Shown piece after piece: positions 39,188-52,561 of a stretch of 64,000 bases of DNA (positions within the stretch are counted from its first letter, which is position 1; every line of letters begins with the position of its first letter). The stretch spans positions 9,546 through 73,545 of the forward strand of contig JACQCA010000081.1 in NCBI GenBank assembly GCA_016201865.1. The letters run 5' to 3'. The position numbers and the translations under genes were made by a program. The DNA comes from Nitrospirota bacterium (lineage in GTDB: Bacteria > Nitrospirota > Nitrospiria > JACQBZ01). Below the pieces are notes generated by a model. It had not been told where the DNA came from and made no database searches. It saw only the letters and a program-made list of their open reading frames with translations.

Positions 39188-40912
39188 TCAGTCTTCTACT
39201 GAACGTCGAATGTCCTTTAGGCGGAGTTGAATGCGCTCGCGCCCCTGCCAGATGTTTCGTTCGGGAACAAACGCGAGGTCCATGCCGGCGCCTTCCCGAA
39301 GGGCCGCCATCCGATCACCCATCCGAAAACCGATCACGTCCAGAACCCCGTCCCCGACGGGGCCGGACGGGCCGCTCGGCCTTCTCACGGAAAGCTTCAG
39401 GTGGTTGTCGCCGACGATTCGAGGGTTGACCGGGGTTATCGCCCGAAGAAGCAGCGTCGGCTCCGGATTGGCCGGACCGAAAGGCGCCAGGCCGTCCAAC
39501 TCGCTCACCAAGCGCAGCGTCAACTCCTCCCACTCCACCGATGCGTCGATCATCTGCCGAGGGCAAAACGCCTCGCGGCTCAGCGCCTCCAAGGCCGCGG
39601 ACGAGAAGCGTTCGCGAAAGGTCGGGATCCGCCTCTCGAGGAGGGTTAACCCCGCAGCGGCATAGTGGCCGCCGTAGCGGATCAAGAGATCCTCGCACCG
39701 TTTCAGCCCCTCGCACAGATGAAACCCGGCGATGCTCCGGGCCGACCCCTGGGCCAGACCGTCCGATCCGATCGCCAGCAGCACGGTGGGTCGGTAATAC
39801 CGTTCGACCAGCCGCGCCGCCACGATTCCGACCACGCCCATGTGCCAGTCGCGCGAGGCCAGCACGATGCAGCCGTCTTTCTCGGGATCATGCTCCGATT
39901 CGACGCGGGCGCAGGCCTCTTTCAGCATTTTTTCCTCGATCGCTTGTCGTTGGCGGTTCTGAAGGTTCAGCGACCGGGCGATCTGCTGGGCCTCATCCCA
40001 AGACGGGGTCGTCAGTAGGCGCACCCCCTCCCGCGCATCCGTCAGGCGACCCGCCGCATTGATCCGAGGCGCCAACGCGAACCCCACCGTGCCGGTCTTC
40101 ACCGTCGTATCTTTTAGTCCCGCCGTCTCCTTGAGCGCGCGGATCCCGATCCGCCGACCCTCCGTCAGGTGTTTTAAGCCTTCCTTGACAAGGAACCGAT
40201 TCTCCCCCGTCAGCGGAGAGACATCCGCAATCGTTCCAAGCGCAACCAGATCCAGACCGTCGGATTCGAGCCGTCCCGTTGCTGCACAGATCACTTTAAA
40301 CGCCAGCCCGGCCGTGCAGAGGCCTTTTTCCGGATAACCGGAATCGGCCCGCTTCGGGTTTAAAAGCGCCGTGGCCGGCGGAAGCTCGGCCGTCGGCTCG
40401 TGGTGATCCGTCACGATCACGTCCATTCCCAAGGAACGGACGAGGCGAATTTCGTTCACCGAAGTCGTGCCGCAATCGGCCGTGATCAGCAGCGTCGTTC
40501 CCCGTCCGTGCAGCTCGCGGATCGCCGCCTCGTTTAAACCATACCCTTCCCTCTGGCGATGGGGAATGTAGAAATCGGCCTCAAGCCCCTGATGCTTGAA
40601 AAAATTTAAGTAGAGGGCCGTGGCCGTCATGCCGTCCACATCGTAATCGCCGTAAATCACGACGCGCTCCGATCGGCGGACGGCCTCTCGGATCCGCGAA
40701 ACGGCGCGGTCCATCTCATTTAATTGAAACGGATCCAAAAGATCCGATGCCGACGGAGACAGAAAGGATCGGGCGGCCTCCGGCGTGCGAATGCCGCGGT
40801 TCATCAAGACCGAAACGGTCACGGCCTGGAGGCCGAGCTCGGAAGCCAGTTGCCGATGCGTCTCGGCGTCGCAAGGAGGTTGGACCCATCGTTTGGAATA
40901 CACCGTCGCCAT
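39188..40912 (-). CDS. recJ: Single-stranded-DNA-specific exonuclease RecJ
   Basis: DHH IYGDYDVDGMTA and DHHA1. Length 574 aa. Confidence 0.95.
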   Translation of the reverse strand: MATVYSKRWVQPPCDAETHRQLASELGLQAVTVSVLMNRGIRTPEAARSFLSPSASDLLDPFQLNEMDRAVSRIREAVRRSERVVIYGDYDVDGMTATALYLNFFKHQGLEADFYIPHRQREGYGLNEAAIRELHGRGTTLLITADCGTTSVNEIRLVRSLGMDVIVTDHHEPTAELPPATALLNPKRADSGYPEKGLCTAGLAFKVICAATGRLESDGLDLVALGTIADVSPLTGENRFLVKEGLKHLTEGRRIGIRALKETAGLKDTTVKTGTVGFALAPRINAAGRLTDAREGVRLLTTPSWDEAQQIARSLNLQNRQRQAIEEKMLKEACARVESEHDPEKDGCIVLASRDWHMGVVGIVAARLVERYYRPTVLLAIGSDGLAQGSARSIAGFHLCEGLKRCEDLLIRYGGHYAAAGLTLLERRIPTFRERFSSAALEALSREAFCPRQMIDASVEWEELTLRLVSELDGLAPFGPANPEPTLLLRAITPVNPRIVGDNHLKLSVRRPSGPSGPVGDGVLDVIGFRMGDRMAALREGAGMDLAFVPERNIWQGRERIQLRLKDIRRSVED

Positions 40913-41018
40913 AACAAAATATGATAGGCCAACGGACGGTGTTTGTCAAACCAACAGCGACGTGAAAAATGAGCAAAGAATGGACGTCAGGAGGGAGGTT
41001 GCGAAAAGCGGCGTGGTT

Positions 41019-41339
41019 TTACCGAATTCGCCTGAGTGACTTGGTCTGTTCAAGTTTTTCTTTCCAATAGCCCGGCCGGCGATTGAGATGGGTTACCGCG
41101 ATGATGCGAAGAAGATGAGACTTGATCTGGTAGATCACTCCGTATGGGAATCTACTGACTAAGCAACGACGAGAGTTTTTGGACAGTGCAGACCAGGCAT
41201 CGGGATACTGAATGATACGAGCAATGGTGGCATAGACTTCCTCAGCAAACTCAAGACCGAGCCCGGATTGGCATTGCTCGTAATACTCTACGGCCCTGTC
41301 GAATTCAGCCTCAGCTTCCGGATGGAAATAAAACTTCAT
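41019..41339 (-). CDS. RelE/ParE-family toxin
   Basis: FHPEAEAEFDRAVEYY...GVIYQIKSHLLRIIAVTH. Confidence 0.8.
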   Translation of the reverse strand: MKFYFHPEAEAEFDRAVEYYEQCQSGLGLEFAEEVYATIARIIQYPDAWSALSKNSRRCLVSRFPYGVIYQIKSHLLRIIAVTHLNRRPGYWKEKLEQTKSLRRIR

Positions 41340-41569
41340 CCCCTGTACTTTTTCCGGATATTCGCGAAAACCTTCTTGCCGGGCACCAGCTTTACCCCGC
41401 CTTTGTCTATTTGGGCAATGCGTCGTTCAGCCTCCTCCGCCCACAGCCGGTCGATTTCCGCCCGTGTGGGCAGGTTGAGACTGGCGAGCAGCTTCTCTAC
41501 AAGATTCACTCGGGTCTCCGCCGGGAGCGATAAGGCATCATCAAACACTTTCTTGGCAACGATGGGCAT
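41336..41569 (-). CDS. Antitoxin (addiction-module component, TIGR02574-like)
   Basis: MPIVAKKVFDDALSLPAETRVNLVEKLLASL. ATGA overlap with the toxin. Confidence 0.75.
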   Translation of the reverse strand: MPIVAKKVFDDALSLPAETRVNLVEKLLASLNLPTRAEIDRLWAEEAERRIAQIDKGGVKLVPGKKVFANIRKKYRG

Positions 41570-41799
41570 ATTGATACCCTCCTTATTATGGATATTCAAG
41601 CACAATTTGCAGCGACAAGCAAATCTTTCTCACCGCCCGCCTCTGCCATCCGCCGTCGCGAAATTTAAAAGGCATGCTAAACCTTATTATATTTGGTTTT
41701 GTCATCGCTGTCAGCATTTTATTGTTTTTCCTTGATTTTGAGGCTTGGTTCTGATAAAGAACAGAAACTGTATTATCATTTGCCGTACAGTGAGCGATT

Positions 41800-42219
41800 A
41801 TGGAGCGTAAAGAGCCGAACCAAGCCAGCGATCGTTTACCATCCGGTCGCGATCAGGCCGCCGTTAGTCTTGGGGACGTGATCGACACTCTGGGTCGGAG
41901 CTTCGCGAGCCACCCGGGTTTCATGTGGACTGGCTCCAGGTTCGAGATTCTCCATGCTGACTGGCCTGCCTACCCGCGGGGACACGGCATCACGATCACC
42001 TTGCGCGTCTTGGCGGAGTACCCACGAGACACCGAGTTCTTTTCAATCGACAGCATCGATCAATGCACGTTGTTTGCGGTCGGCGAGAAGCCCAAGCAGG
42101 ATCCGTATGGCCTACAACACCTTCACGTTGCTGTTTGGGACGATGATCTCCGCGCCTGTGCGTCAGCCGGATACGCGGTGATCCAAGCAGTAGATCAAGG
42201 ACGCAGACATGACGGCTAA
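41800..42219 (+). CDS. Hypothetical protein
   Basis: 139-aa ORF downstream of an AT-rich promoter region (41640-41800). No recognisable motif. Confidence 0.4.
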   Translation: MERKEPNQASDRLPSGRDQAAVSLGDVIDTLGRSFASHPGFMWTGSRFEILHADWPAYPRGHGITITLRVLAEYPRDTEFFSIDSIDQCTLFAVGEKPKQDPYGLQHLHVAVWDDDLRACASAGYAVIQAVDQGRRHDG

Positions 42220-42351
42220 CCCACCGCTGCAGCGGACGCGTCGCCAGTGGCGCGCTTTCAGAGAGGTCCATGGAATTGCAACCCATCAAAGCGGATCGAG
42301 ACAGATGCCCCTTCAGGGCACCGCTCATCCGCCGCATTAGCTGGCAGGAAT

Positions 42352-43134
42352 ATGGAACGCCATCGTCAAGCGTGGGGCGTCATTCGTTCCGTCCTTCACG
42401 AGAAGTTCACGTTCGGGACGATAAAGGCAATCACGGGTCGCGCTGGACTTGATCCTACGCGAATGGCCCACCTTGAACAGACCTCTGGTACCGCGAGCGC
42501 CTCGAAGTCGCAGCTCTTGAGCGCGGTCGATCGTCAAGTGGGTGAGATGGATCAGCAGCGGGCCGGTCAGTTCTTGCGGATCGTTACCGAGGAGATGCTA
42601 CGGCGCCAACCAGCGGTTAAGCCCGATCTCCGCGAATCCCTTGAGAGACTCGGATGGGCGCTCCATGAAGGCCACCTCGTGGAAGTAGCCGTGTTGGATA
42701 TTTCCGAGCTGCCTGAACTTCCCGGTGACTCTCACGGTGACTTGGTCAAGGCCGCCACTCGCCTGCGTGATGGGGATCTTAGCGGATCGGTCTCCGCAGC
42801 ATGTGCCGCTGTTGACGCCGTCACATCCAAGATTTACCGGGTAAAGAATCTGGGCGACCCGGGGGATGCCTCGTTTCAGGAAAAGGTCAGCCGATCGCTT
42901 GATGCCGTGAACACCCTTCCCGGAATCGAACGGGAGCTCATCGGACTGGGCTGGGAGCCAGGGACCGCCAACGTTCTCGCCAAGAATGTCCGCGGATCGC
43001 TGAACCAGGCAGCGTTTGTTTTGCAGACCTTGCGCTCCAAGATGGGGGACGTCCACGGGACCAAGCCCATCCTGAAGCCACTGGTCTTTGACTCCATCAA
43101 ATGGGCAACGCTGATCGTGCGGCTCCTGGCATGA
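42352..43134 (+). CDS. Hypothetical protein with a C-terminal Rx6H (HEPN/Abi_C-like) motif
   Basis: LRSKMGDVHG near the C-terminus. The start was chosen at MERHRQ; the track ORF begins at 42247. Confidence 0.4.
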   Translation: MERHRQAWGVIRSVLHEKFTFGTIKAITGRAGLDPTRMAHLEQTSGTASASKSQLLSAVDRQVGEMDQQRAGQFLRIVTEEMLRRQPAVKPDLRESLERLGWALHEGHLVEVAVLDISELPELPGDSHGDLVKAATRLRDGDLSGSVSAACAAVDAVTSKIYRVKNLGDPGDASFQEKVSRSLDAVNTLPGIERELIGLGWEPGTANVLAKNVRGSLNQAAFVLQTLRSKMGDVHGTKPILKPLVFDSIKWATLIVRLLA

Positions 43135-43179
43135 CACTGACGTGGCTGCCAGCTAAACAATGTTGGGAGGCAATGCCAA

Positions 43180-43695
43180 ATGAAGCGAATCATTGCATTT
43201 GTCGTCAGTCTCTTTCTCATTGGCTGTGCCACTCCGACAATCAAGGCAACGAAGAAATTGAACGTTGATCCGTTGGGCGTTGTGGCTGTCTTACCCTTCG
43301 ATGGACACCATGGCGATCAGTTTGCTGATTCTGTTGCGCAAGAACTGATGCTCCGAGGAGCAAGAATAGTTGAGCGATCGCGCATAACCTCAGTTTTAGT
43401 CGAGCAGGGCCTGAGTGTTGCTGACATAACTAGCGGGCGAGTTAACTACGAGAAGATCGGTGGGTTGCTCGGTGTTGACACTATCGTCCTAGGTTCTGTC
43501 AGTCCAATCGTGGTATACCTTTCTGGTGCTCCTTCAGGCAAAGTTTCGACAGCAGCGATGAGGATCGTTTCGGTCAAGACAGGCACGGTTGTTGGTTCTG
43601 CAACCTATGCTGCCAACACCGAGCTTCTTGCGGGTTCCGTGCTCTATCCTGAAGCAGCTGAAAGATTAGTCCGTGCTCTATTTCAAGGAGAATAA
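43180..43695 (+). CDS. Lipoprotein (CsgG/LpoB-like fold)
   Basis: Lipobox LFLIGCATP, and GVVAVLPFDG. Confidence 0.5.
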   Translation: MKRIIAFVVSLFLIGCATPTIKATKKLNVDPLGVVAVLPFDGHHGDQFADSVAQELMLRGARIVERSRITSVLVEQGLSVADITSGRVNYEKIGGLLGVDTIVLGSVSPIVVYLSGAPSGKVSTAAMRIVSVKTGTVVGSATYAANTELLAGSVLYPEAAERLVRALFQGE

Positions 43696-43820
43696 GCCTC
43701 CCAACAAGGCGCTCCACCTGACCGCAATCCCGCTGCGCTTTATTGCGGCAGGTGAGCTTTAGACACCCCTGCTTAGGACTCTACTTCCGTCCGCGTCAAT
43801 CCTGACTGACAAGGGATCAA

Positions 43821-45350
43821 TCAAGACTCCTTTAGCTTCTTCAGTTCTTCCTTGGCCGTCTTGTTGTCCGGATCCCAGATCAGCGCTTCTTCAAACTGCC
43901 GCTGGGCCCGTTGGGTCATGCCGCCTTTGATGTACAGCAACCCGAGCCCGATGTAGTAACTGACGGCGGCCGGTTCAAGTTCGATGGCCCGCTTATAGTG
44001 GGTCTCGGCATCGCGCTGGCGACCCGGGACCTGCGTCAAGGCCTTGGCCAGAAGGGCGTGATACTCTCCCTTGTCCGGCTCGGCCTTGACCGCGACCTCA
44101 AAATGGTAGGCCGCCGTCTTCAGATCGCCTTTTTGAAGGGCCTGCTGTCCTCGTTGCGCCTGAGCCGCAGGCGATGGGGCGGACGGCTCCTCGCGACGAC
44201 CCTTGGATTTCCTCATGGCGCGTTCGGTATCGTACTCTTTTCGTTTTCGCTCCATGAGGAGCGTATCGTAGGCCTCCGTAATCCGTCGAAAGAGCGCCTC
44301 CAGATTGGGGGTGAGATCCTCCAGACCGGACTGGAAATGCCGGTCGGGATGATACTCCTTAGCAAGACGGAAATAGGCCCGTTTAATCTCATCCCGCGTC
44401 GCCTCGGTGCGTAGCCCCAACACCTCGTAGTAGTCCTGATGCTGCAGGGCTTCGTAGGCCTCCCGAATTTTCTGTTTCGTGGTTTGGACCGACGCTTCAT
44501 CTTTCTGAAAAATCGCCTCGTGATCCCCGGCCACCGCCTCTCGGATCGCCTCTTGCTGCTCCCGCTTGACCTCTTTGACCAGTTCTTCCGTCGCCGCCGC
44601 CTCTTGAAAAGACGGTTCCGGTCGCCGTTCGGCGACGGCCGCCTCGACCAGCCCGATCGAAAGGAAAAAATAGAGGAGCTTCAGCGTTTCAAACGCCGGA
44701 AGCCCGGATACGGCGAAGATTTCGGAAAGGGTCTTGCGCCCGTCGATCTGCGTCAAGGCCTTCCGCTCATTTTCGGTCAACCGGATGTCCTGAAAGAGGA
44801 TCATCGGATCGGTCGTCATCCGGAGGATCGTGTTCATCGGGGGAAGCTCGTTCCGGAGACGGGTGAAGTCGTTGATCCGTCGGACGCCGTCTAAGATGAG
44901 ATTGGCCGTGCTCATCTTCAGCGTAATCACTTCCTGGGCCGGAAGCGGGCCTTCTTCAAACCGGTATTCGCCGTCCAGCCATGTGAAAAGACTTAAGATT
45001 ATTTCCTTGACCTGATGCGTGACGGCCCAGAAGAGATCTTTGGCCGTGAGCGCTCCTTGTTCAACCAGGACCGTGCCAAACCGCTTACGGGTGGTTTGGA
45101 TCACCTCCGAAGCGGCTTCGTACTCTTGAAAGGTAATCTTGCCGAGCTTGAGAAGCACCTCCCCCAACCAATCGTCCTGGTACTTGGACGCCGCAAAGAT
45201 GATGTCGCCGTCTTTTATGAAGATGGATTTGTGCTGATCGTTTCGCCAGATGACAAGCACCCCCGTTTTTTTCTGCCGTTGGAGGTGGGTCAGTATGTTC
45301 GGGAGCCGTTCATCCCGAAACTTTCCGGACAACGGGAGTTCACGGACCAT
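43821..45350 (-). CDS. J-domain (DnaJ) protein with an N-terminal DUF4388-like domain and C-terminal TPR repeats
   Basis: DYYEVLGLRTEATRDEIKRAYFRLAKEYHPDRH. Confidence 0.8.
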   Translation of the reverse strand: MVRELPLSGKFRDERLPNILTHLQRQKKTGVLVIWRNDQHKSIFIKDGDIIFAASKYQDDWLGEVLLKLGKITFQEYEAASEVIQTTRKRFGTVLVEQGALTAKDLFWAVTHQVKEIILSLFTWLDGEYRFEEGPLPAQEVITLKMSTANLILDGVRRINDFTRLRNELPPMNTILRMTTDPMILFQDIRLTENERKALTQIDGRKTLSEIFAVSGLPAFETLKLLYFFLSIGLVEAAVAERRPEPSFQEAAATEELVKEVKREQQEAIREAVAGDHEAIFQKDEASVQTTKQKIREAYEALQHQDYYEVLGLRTEATRDEIKRAYFRLAKEYHPDRHFQSGLEDLTPNLEALFRRITEAYDTLLMERKRKEYDTERAMRKSKGRREEPSAPSPAAQAQRGQQALQKGDLKTAAYHFEVAVKAEPDKGEYHALLAKALTQVPGRQRDAETHYKRAIELEPAAVSYYIGLGLLYIKGGMTQRAQRQFEEALIWDPDNKTAKEELKKLKES

Positions 45351-45377
45351 GAGGGGGCCTTTCTACTGTAAGCTCTG

Positions 45378-46295
45378 TTATGCGCGCCTGAGCAGCCTGC
45401 CCCGACTTCCTTTCCAAACGATCAGGATCGGACTGGCGACAAAGATCGACGAGTAGGTTCCCACGATGACGCCCGCCAGCAAGGTAAAGGAAAAATCATG
45501 GATGACTTCTCCGCCGAAGAAAAACAGCGCGATCAAGACCAGAACGACGGTCAGCGACACCACGATCGTCCGGCTCAAGACCTGATTGATGCCGCCGTTG
45601 ATCACCTGCTCCAGGGACTCCCGCCGGCGATACTTCAGGTTCTCACGGATCCGGTCGAAAACTACGACGGTATCCGTCAGGGAGTAACCGGCCAGCGTCA
45701 ACAGGGCCGTCACGATCAGCAGCGTGATCTCCTTATCCAAGAGATAGAGGATCCCCAGGACCGCCAGGACGTCATGAAACGTCGCGACGGCGGCCGCAAT
45801 GCCGAAACGGAACTCAAACCGGACCGCGATGTAAAGGATGATCCCGATCATCGAAAAAACGATGGCGATGACGGCCTTCTTCTGAAGTTCCTGGCCGATC
45901 GTGGGACCGATCGCGGTGCTGCTGTCCACCACGAACCGATTCTCGGCAAACTCCTTCTCAAAGATCCGGACCAGCCGATTGGCCACGTCTTCCTGGATCG
46001 TGTTCTGCTTCTTCACGCGGATCAGGAGCTTGTTCCCGGCGGTAAACTCCTGCAGCTCGGCGTCCGGGAAGCCGTTCGACGACAGGATCCGGCGGGCCTC
46101 ATCGATTTGAACCGGCCGGTCGAATTTCAACTGGACGGCCGTTCCGCCCGCGAAATCAATCCCGAGATTGGCCTGTCCGCGCCCGATCTGGACCAGGGTC
46201 AGGATACCGATGAGAACCAAGATGCCGGAGAAGATAAAAGCATAGTTCCACTTGCCGATAAAATCAATGTTCGTTTTGCCTAAGATCTCGATCAT
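45378..46295 (-). CDS. secF: Protein translocase subunit SecF
   Basis: Six-TM SecF pattern. Length 305 aa. Confidence 0.9.
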   Translation of the reverse strand: MIEILGKTNIDFIGKWNYAFIFSGILVLIGILTLVQIGRGQANLGIDFAGGTAVQLKFDRPVQIDEARRILSSNGFPDAELQEFTAGNKLLIRVKKQNTIQEDVANRLVRIFEKEFAENRFVVDSSTAIGPTIGQELQKKAVIAIVFSMIGIILYIAVRFEFRFGIAAAVATFHDVLAVLGILYLLDKEITLLIVTALLTLAGYSLTDTVVVFDRIRENLKYRRRESLEQVINGGINQVLSRTIVVSLTVVLVLIALFFFGGEVIHDFSFTLLAGVIVGTYSSIFVASPILIVWKGSRGRLLRRA

Positions 46296-46308
46296 AAAAC
46301 TCCTGCTG

Positions 46309-48009
46309 TTAAATGCTCAACCGCTGCAGTTTCCAGCGACTGTTGATGAAGTCAAAGACCACCTTCGTGCCCACGAGCGCCGTAAACAGATTGATGGCGA
46401 TCCCCAGACTCAAGCTGACGGCAAATCCCTTGATCGGGCCGGTGCCGAACAGAAAAAGCACCAGGGCCGTAATGAGCGTGGTGACGTGGGAATCCACAAT
46501 CGTGAGGAAGGCCTTGTCGTAACCGCCGTCCACGGCGAGTCGGACCGGTTTGCCCTGCCGAATCTCTTCGCGAATCCGTTCGAAGATCAGGACGTTGGAA
46601 TCCACGCCCATTCCGATCGTCAGAATAATACCGGCAATGCCCGGGAGAGTCAAGGTGGCGTTGAGAGCCGCCAGGGCCCCGATCAGAACGATCAGATTCA
46701 GGATCAGGGCCGCGTCCGCAACGACGCCGGCCATCCGATAATAAACCACCATAAATAGAATCACCAAGAGACCGGCCAAGATCGTCGCTCGGATTCCCAT
46801 CCGGATCGAATCCTGCCCCAACGAAGGGCCGACCGTGAGATCCTGAATGGCATGAACGGGTGCCGGCAAGGCCCCGGCCCTCAAGACGATGGAAAGATCA
46901 TTGGCCTCCTGCGTGGTGAAGCTTCCGGTAATCTGCGCGTTCCCTCCCGCGATGCGATCCTGGATGACCGGCGCCGAATAGACGTTGTTGTCCAGGATGA
47001 TGGCCAGACGCTTCTTCACGTTCTCGGCCGTGATCCGTTCAAACACCTGAGCGCCGGTGCCGTCCATGCGAATCGAAACATACGGCTCATTGAACTGCCC
47101 GATGTTCACGCGGGCATCCGTCAAGACATCCCCCGTCATCATGGTCCGTTTCTTGACGAGATAGGGGCGCCTCCTCACCTCGCCGCTTTCCTTGTCCACG
47201 GCCCGCTCAAACATGATCTCGTCGCCTTCCGGAACCTTGCTTCCGTATTCGGCCATAAAGGTCTCTTCATTCTGCGGCGTGATCGAAACAGGAAGGCTGC
47301 GGCCCAGCGGGTTTTCCTCATCGAGGAGTTTAAACTCCAAAAGCGCCGTCTTTCCGATCAGCTCCTTCGCCCGCTTGGAGTCCTTCACACCGGGAAGCTG
47401 GATCACGATCTGTCGCGGGCCCTGACGCTGGATCAACGGCTCGGCCACGCCGAACTGGTCGATTCGGTTGCGGATCGTCTCGAGCGCCTGGGTCGTCGCG
47501 GACTCCTTGATCCGAATCGCTTCGCCTTCCCGGAGATGATAAATCAGCTCGTTACCCGGAGACTCCTTCGGAATAAAGTTCGGATAGTTCGCCTCAATTT
47601 TTTTTGCGACATCGGTTTTTTTGTCCGGCCCGGGCAACGTCGCGGTCAACTCCGAAGGCCCCGTCCGTTTCACCGACGTCACCGGAAGCTTCTCCGCGTC
47701 CAGAAGATCTTTGAGGGACGAAGCGGTCCGCTCCACCAAGTTTTCAATGGCCTTCTCTTCCTCCACCTCCAGGACCATATGGATCCCGCCCTGGAGATCC
47801 AGGCCGAGCGTGACCCCGCGACTCGGCAGATATTTTTTCCACCAGCCCGGGAAGGTTTGATACACCGGCATGGACGGCAAGAAGAAAATGATCGAAATCA
47901 GTACAGTCGCACTCAACAACAACAGTCGTCCTCGTATTCCTCGTTTCACGTCGTCGTTCCTCCGATATGAATTAGGCGCCTTCTTCCGGTTCGGTTTGGA
48001 ATTCCGCAA
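46309..48009 (-). CDS. secD: Protein translocase subunit SecD
   Basis: Length 566 aa. The annotated 5' end overlaps yajC by 38 nt, so the true start may lie downstream. Confidence 0.9.
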   Translation of the reverse strand: MRNSKPNRKKAPNSYRRNDDVKRGIRGRLLLLSATVLISIIFFLPSMPVYQTFPGWWKKYLPSRGVTLGLDLQGGIHMVLEVEEEKAIENLVERTASSLKDLLDAEKLPVTSVKRTGPSELTATLPGPDKKTDVAKKIEANYPNFIPKESPGNELIYHLREGEAIRIKESATTQALETIRNRIDQFGVAEPLIQRQGPRQIVIQLPGVKDSKRAKELIGKTALLEFKLLDEENPLGRSLPVSITPQNEETFMAEYGSKVPEGDEIMFERAVDKESGEVRRRPYLVKKRTMMTGDVLTDARVNIGQFNEPYVSIRMDGTGAQVFERITAENVKKRLAIILDNNVYSAPVIQDRIAGGNAQITGSFTTQEANDLSIVLRAGALPAPVHAIQDLTVGPSLGQDSIRMGIRATILAGLLVILFMVVYYRMAGVVADAALILNLIVLIGALAALNATLTLPGIAGIILTIGMGVDSNVLIFERIREEIRQGKPVRLAVDGGYDKAFLTIVDSHVTTLITALVLFLFGTGPIKGFAVSLSLGIAINLFTALVGTKVVFDFINSRWKLQRLSI

Positions 48010-48322
48010 TATACTCGCGCCGGACCTTGATCCGGACGTTATCGGCCACCTGGACCGTCACCACATCTTTGTTCAGGGCCGCCACGGTACCCATGATTCC
48101 CCCGGTCGTCAAGATCCGGTCGCCTTTCTTCAGCGCCTCCAACATGGCGCGGTGCTTCTTCTGCTTCCGTTGCTGGGGAAGGATCAAAAGAAAGTAGAAG
48201 ATCACAAAGATCAAGGCAAACGGCAAGAACGAGACCAGCATCCCGCCCGGTCCGGCGGACGGCGCGGCCGCGGGCCCTCCCCCGGCGTCCTGAGCCCACG
48301 CCATCGTCAAGAATGACTGCAT
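47972..48322 (-). CDS. yajC: Preprotein translocase subunit YajC
   Basis: FLLILPQQRKQKKHRAMLEALKKGDRILTTGGIMGTV. Confidence 0.85.
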   Translation of the reverse strand: MQSFLTMAWAQDAGGGPAAAPSAGPGGMLVSFLPFALIFVIFYFLLILPQQRKQKKHRAMLEALKKGDRILTTGGIMGTVAALNKDVVTVQVADNVRIKVRREYIAEFQTEPEEGA

Positions 48323-48340
48323 TCGAAATACCTCCTTCGT

Positions 48341-51137
<2,797 letters not shown>

Positions 51138-51153
<16 letters not shown>

Positions 51154-52421
51154 TCCCGCTTTGCTAAATATCCCGTAAAGGTCTTATCCGAAAGATTTTT
51201 ACCCAACAACTGAACCTGGACGGTCCGGCCTTTCTCGATTTCACCGGATTCCGACGGAAAAATCAGGAGGCCGTTGGCCTTGACCATGGACGTCAAAACG
51301 CCGGAGCTCTGGCTCCCTGTCGTCCAGACCTCGTATCGGTCTGCCGTCTTTTTCACCACCGCTCTCAGGAAATGCGTTTTCCCTGTTTTTTTGGTGATCC
51401 GCTCCATCAAAACCGCCTCGATCACCGGACGGAAGAGCAGGGCATGGCCTTGCATCTTTCGCAACGCGGGTCGAACGAACTGTTCAAAGGTGACCATCGT
51501 CGAAACCGGATTCCCCGGAAGTCCGAAAGCGGGTTTCGTTTTCAACATTCCGAAGGCCAACGGCTCGCCCGGTTTCATCGCGACCTTCCAGAAGGCCATG
51601 GTCGCGCCCAGTTCGTCAAGCACATCCTTCACAAAATCATATTCCCCCACCGAAACGCCGCCGGAGATGAGAATCAGGTCGGCCGACAATCCCTGGGCCA
51701 GACGATCCGAAAGCTCCTCCCGCGTATCCTTCGCAACACCCAGGAGCACCGGAACGCCCCCGGCTTCGATCACCTGAGCCGCGACCGCATAGCCGTTGCT
51801 GTTCATAATCTTGTTCGGGCCCAACGCTTCACCCAGGTCGGCCAGTTCATTGCCCGTGGCCAGAATCGCGACACGGGGCCGCTGGTAGACAAGAACATGC
51901 GATCGCCCCACCGAGGCCAGCAGGCCCACCTCCGCCGGACCGATCACGCTGTTTTGTTCCAGAACGACATTCCCAGATTGGATATCCTCACCGCGAAGAC
52001 GGACGTTTTCACCCGCCTCGACCGGTTGGATGACACGGACGCGGTTTCCCTCGGTCCGTGTATCCTCGACACGGATCACCGCATCCGCGCCTTCCGGCAC
52101 GGGCGCCCCCGTCATGATTCGGCTGGCTTGGCCCGGTTGAATCGCCTTTTGGGGAAGAACACCCGCCGCAATCTCTTCAATCACCTCCAGAAGGACGGAG
52201 CGTTGCTCCGATGCCTGAGAAAGCTCGCCATGACAAACGGCATATCCATCCATCGCGGAACTATTCCAGGGCGGATGATCGCGCACGGATGCCACCGGCT
52301 CGGCCAGCACGCGTCCCAATGAATGAAGGAGATCCATCTTTTCCGTCCCCATCCGCTGAACCTGATCAAGAATCGCTTCCAGTGCCTTTTTGACCGGAAT
52401 CATTCCCATTTTCAAACCCAT
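51138..52421 (-). CDS. moeA: Molybdopterin molybdotransferase MoeA
   Basis: Length 427 aa with the MoeA domain order; GNELADLGE and PGNPVS. Confidence 0.85.
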
Positions 52422-52561
52422 TAGAGCGGTTTATTATAACGCAAGGTTTTCTATCTGTAAAGGCAGGAAACCTTCTCTACAAATCATGGTGACAGTCGCC
52501 TAAATACAAAAGGGGGTGACGTCTGTCACCCCCTTTGCTGTTGAAGATTGGACGGTGTTGC

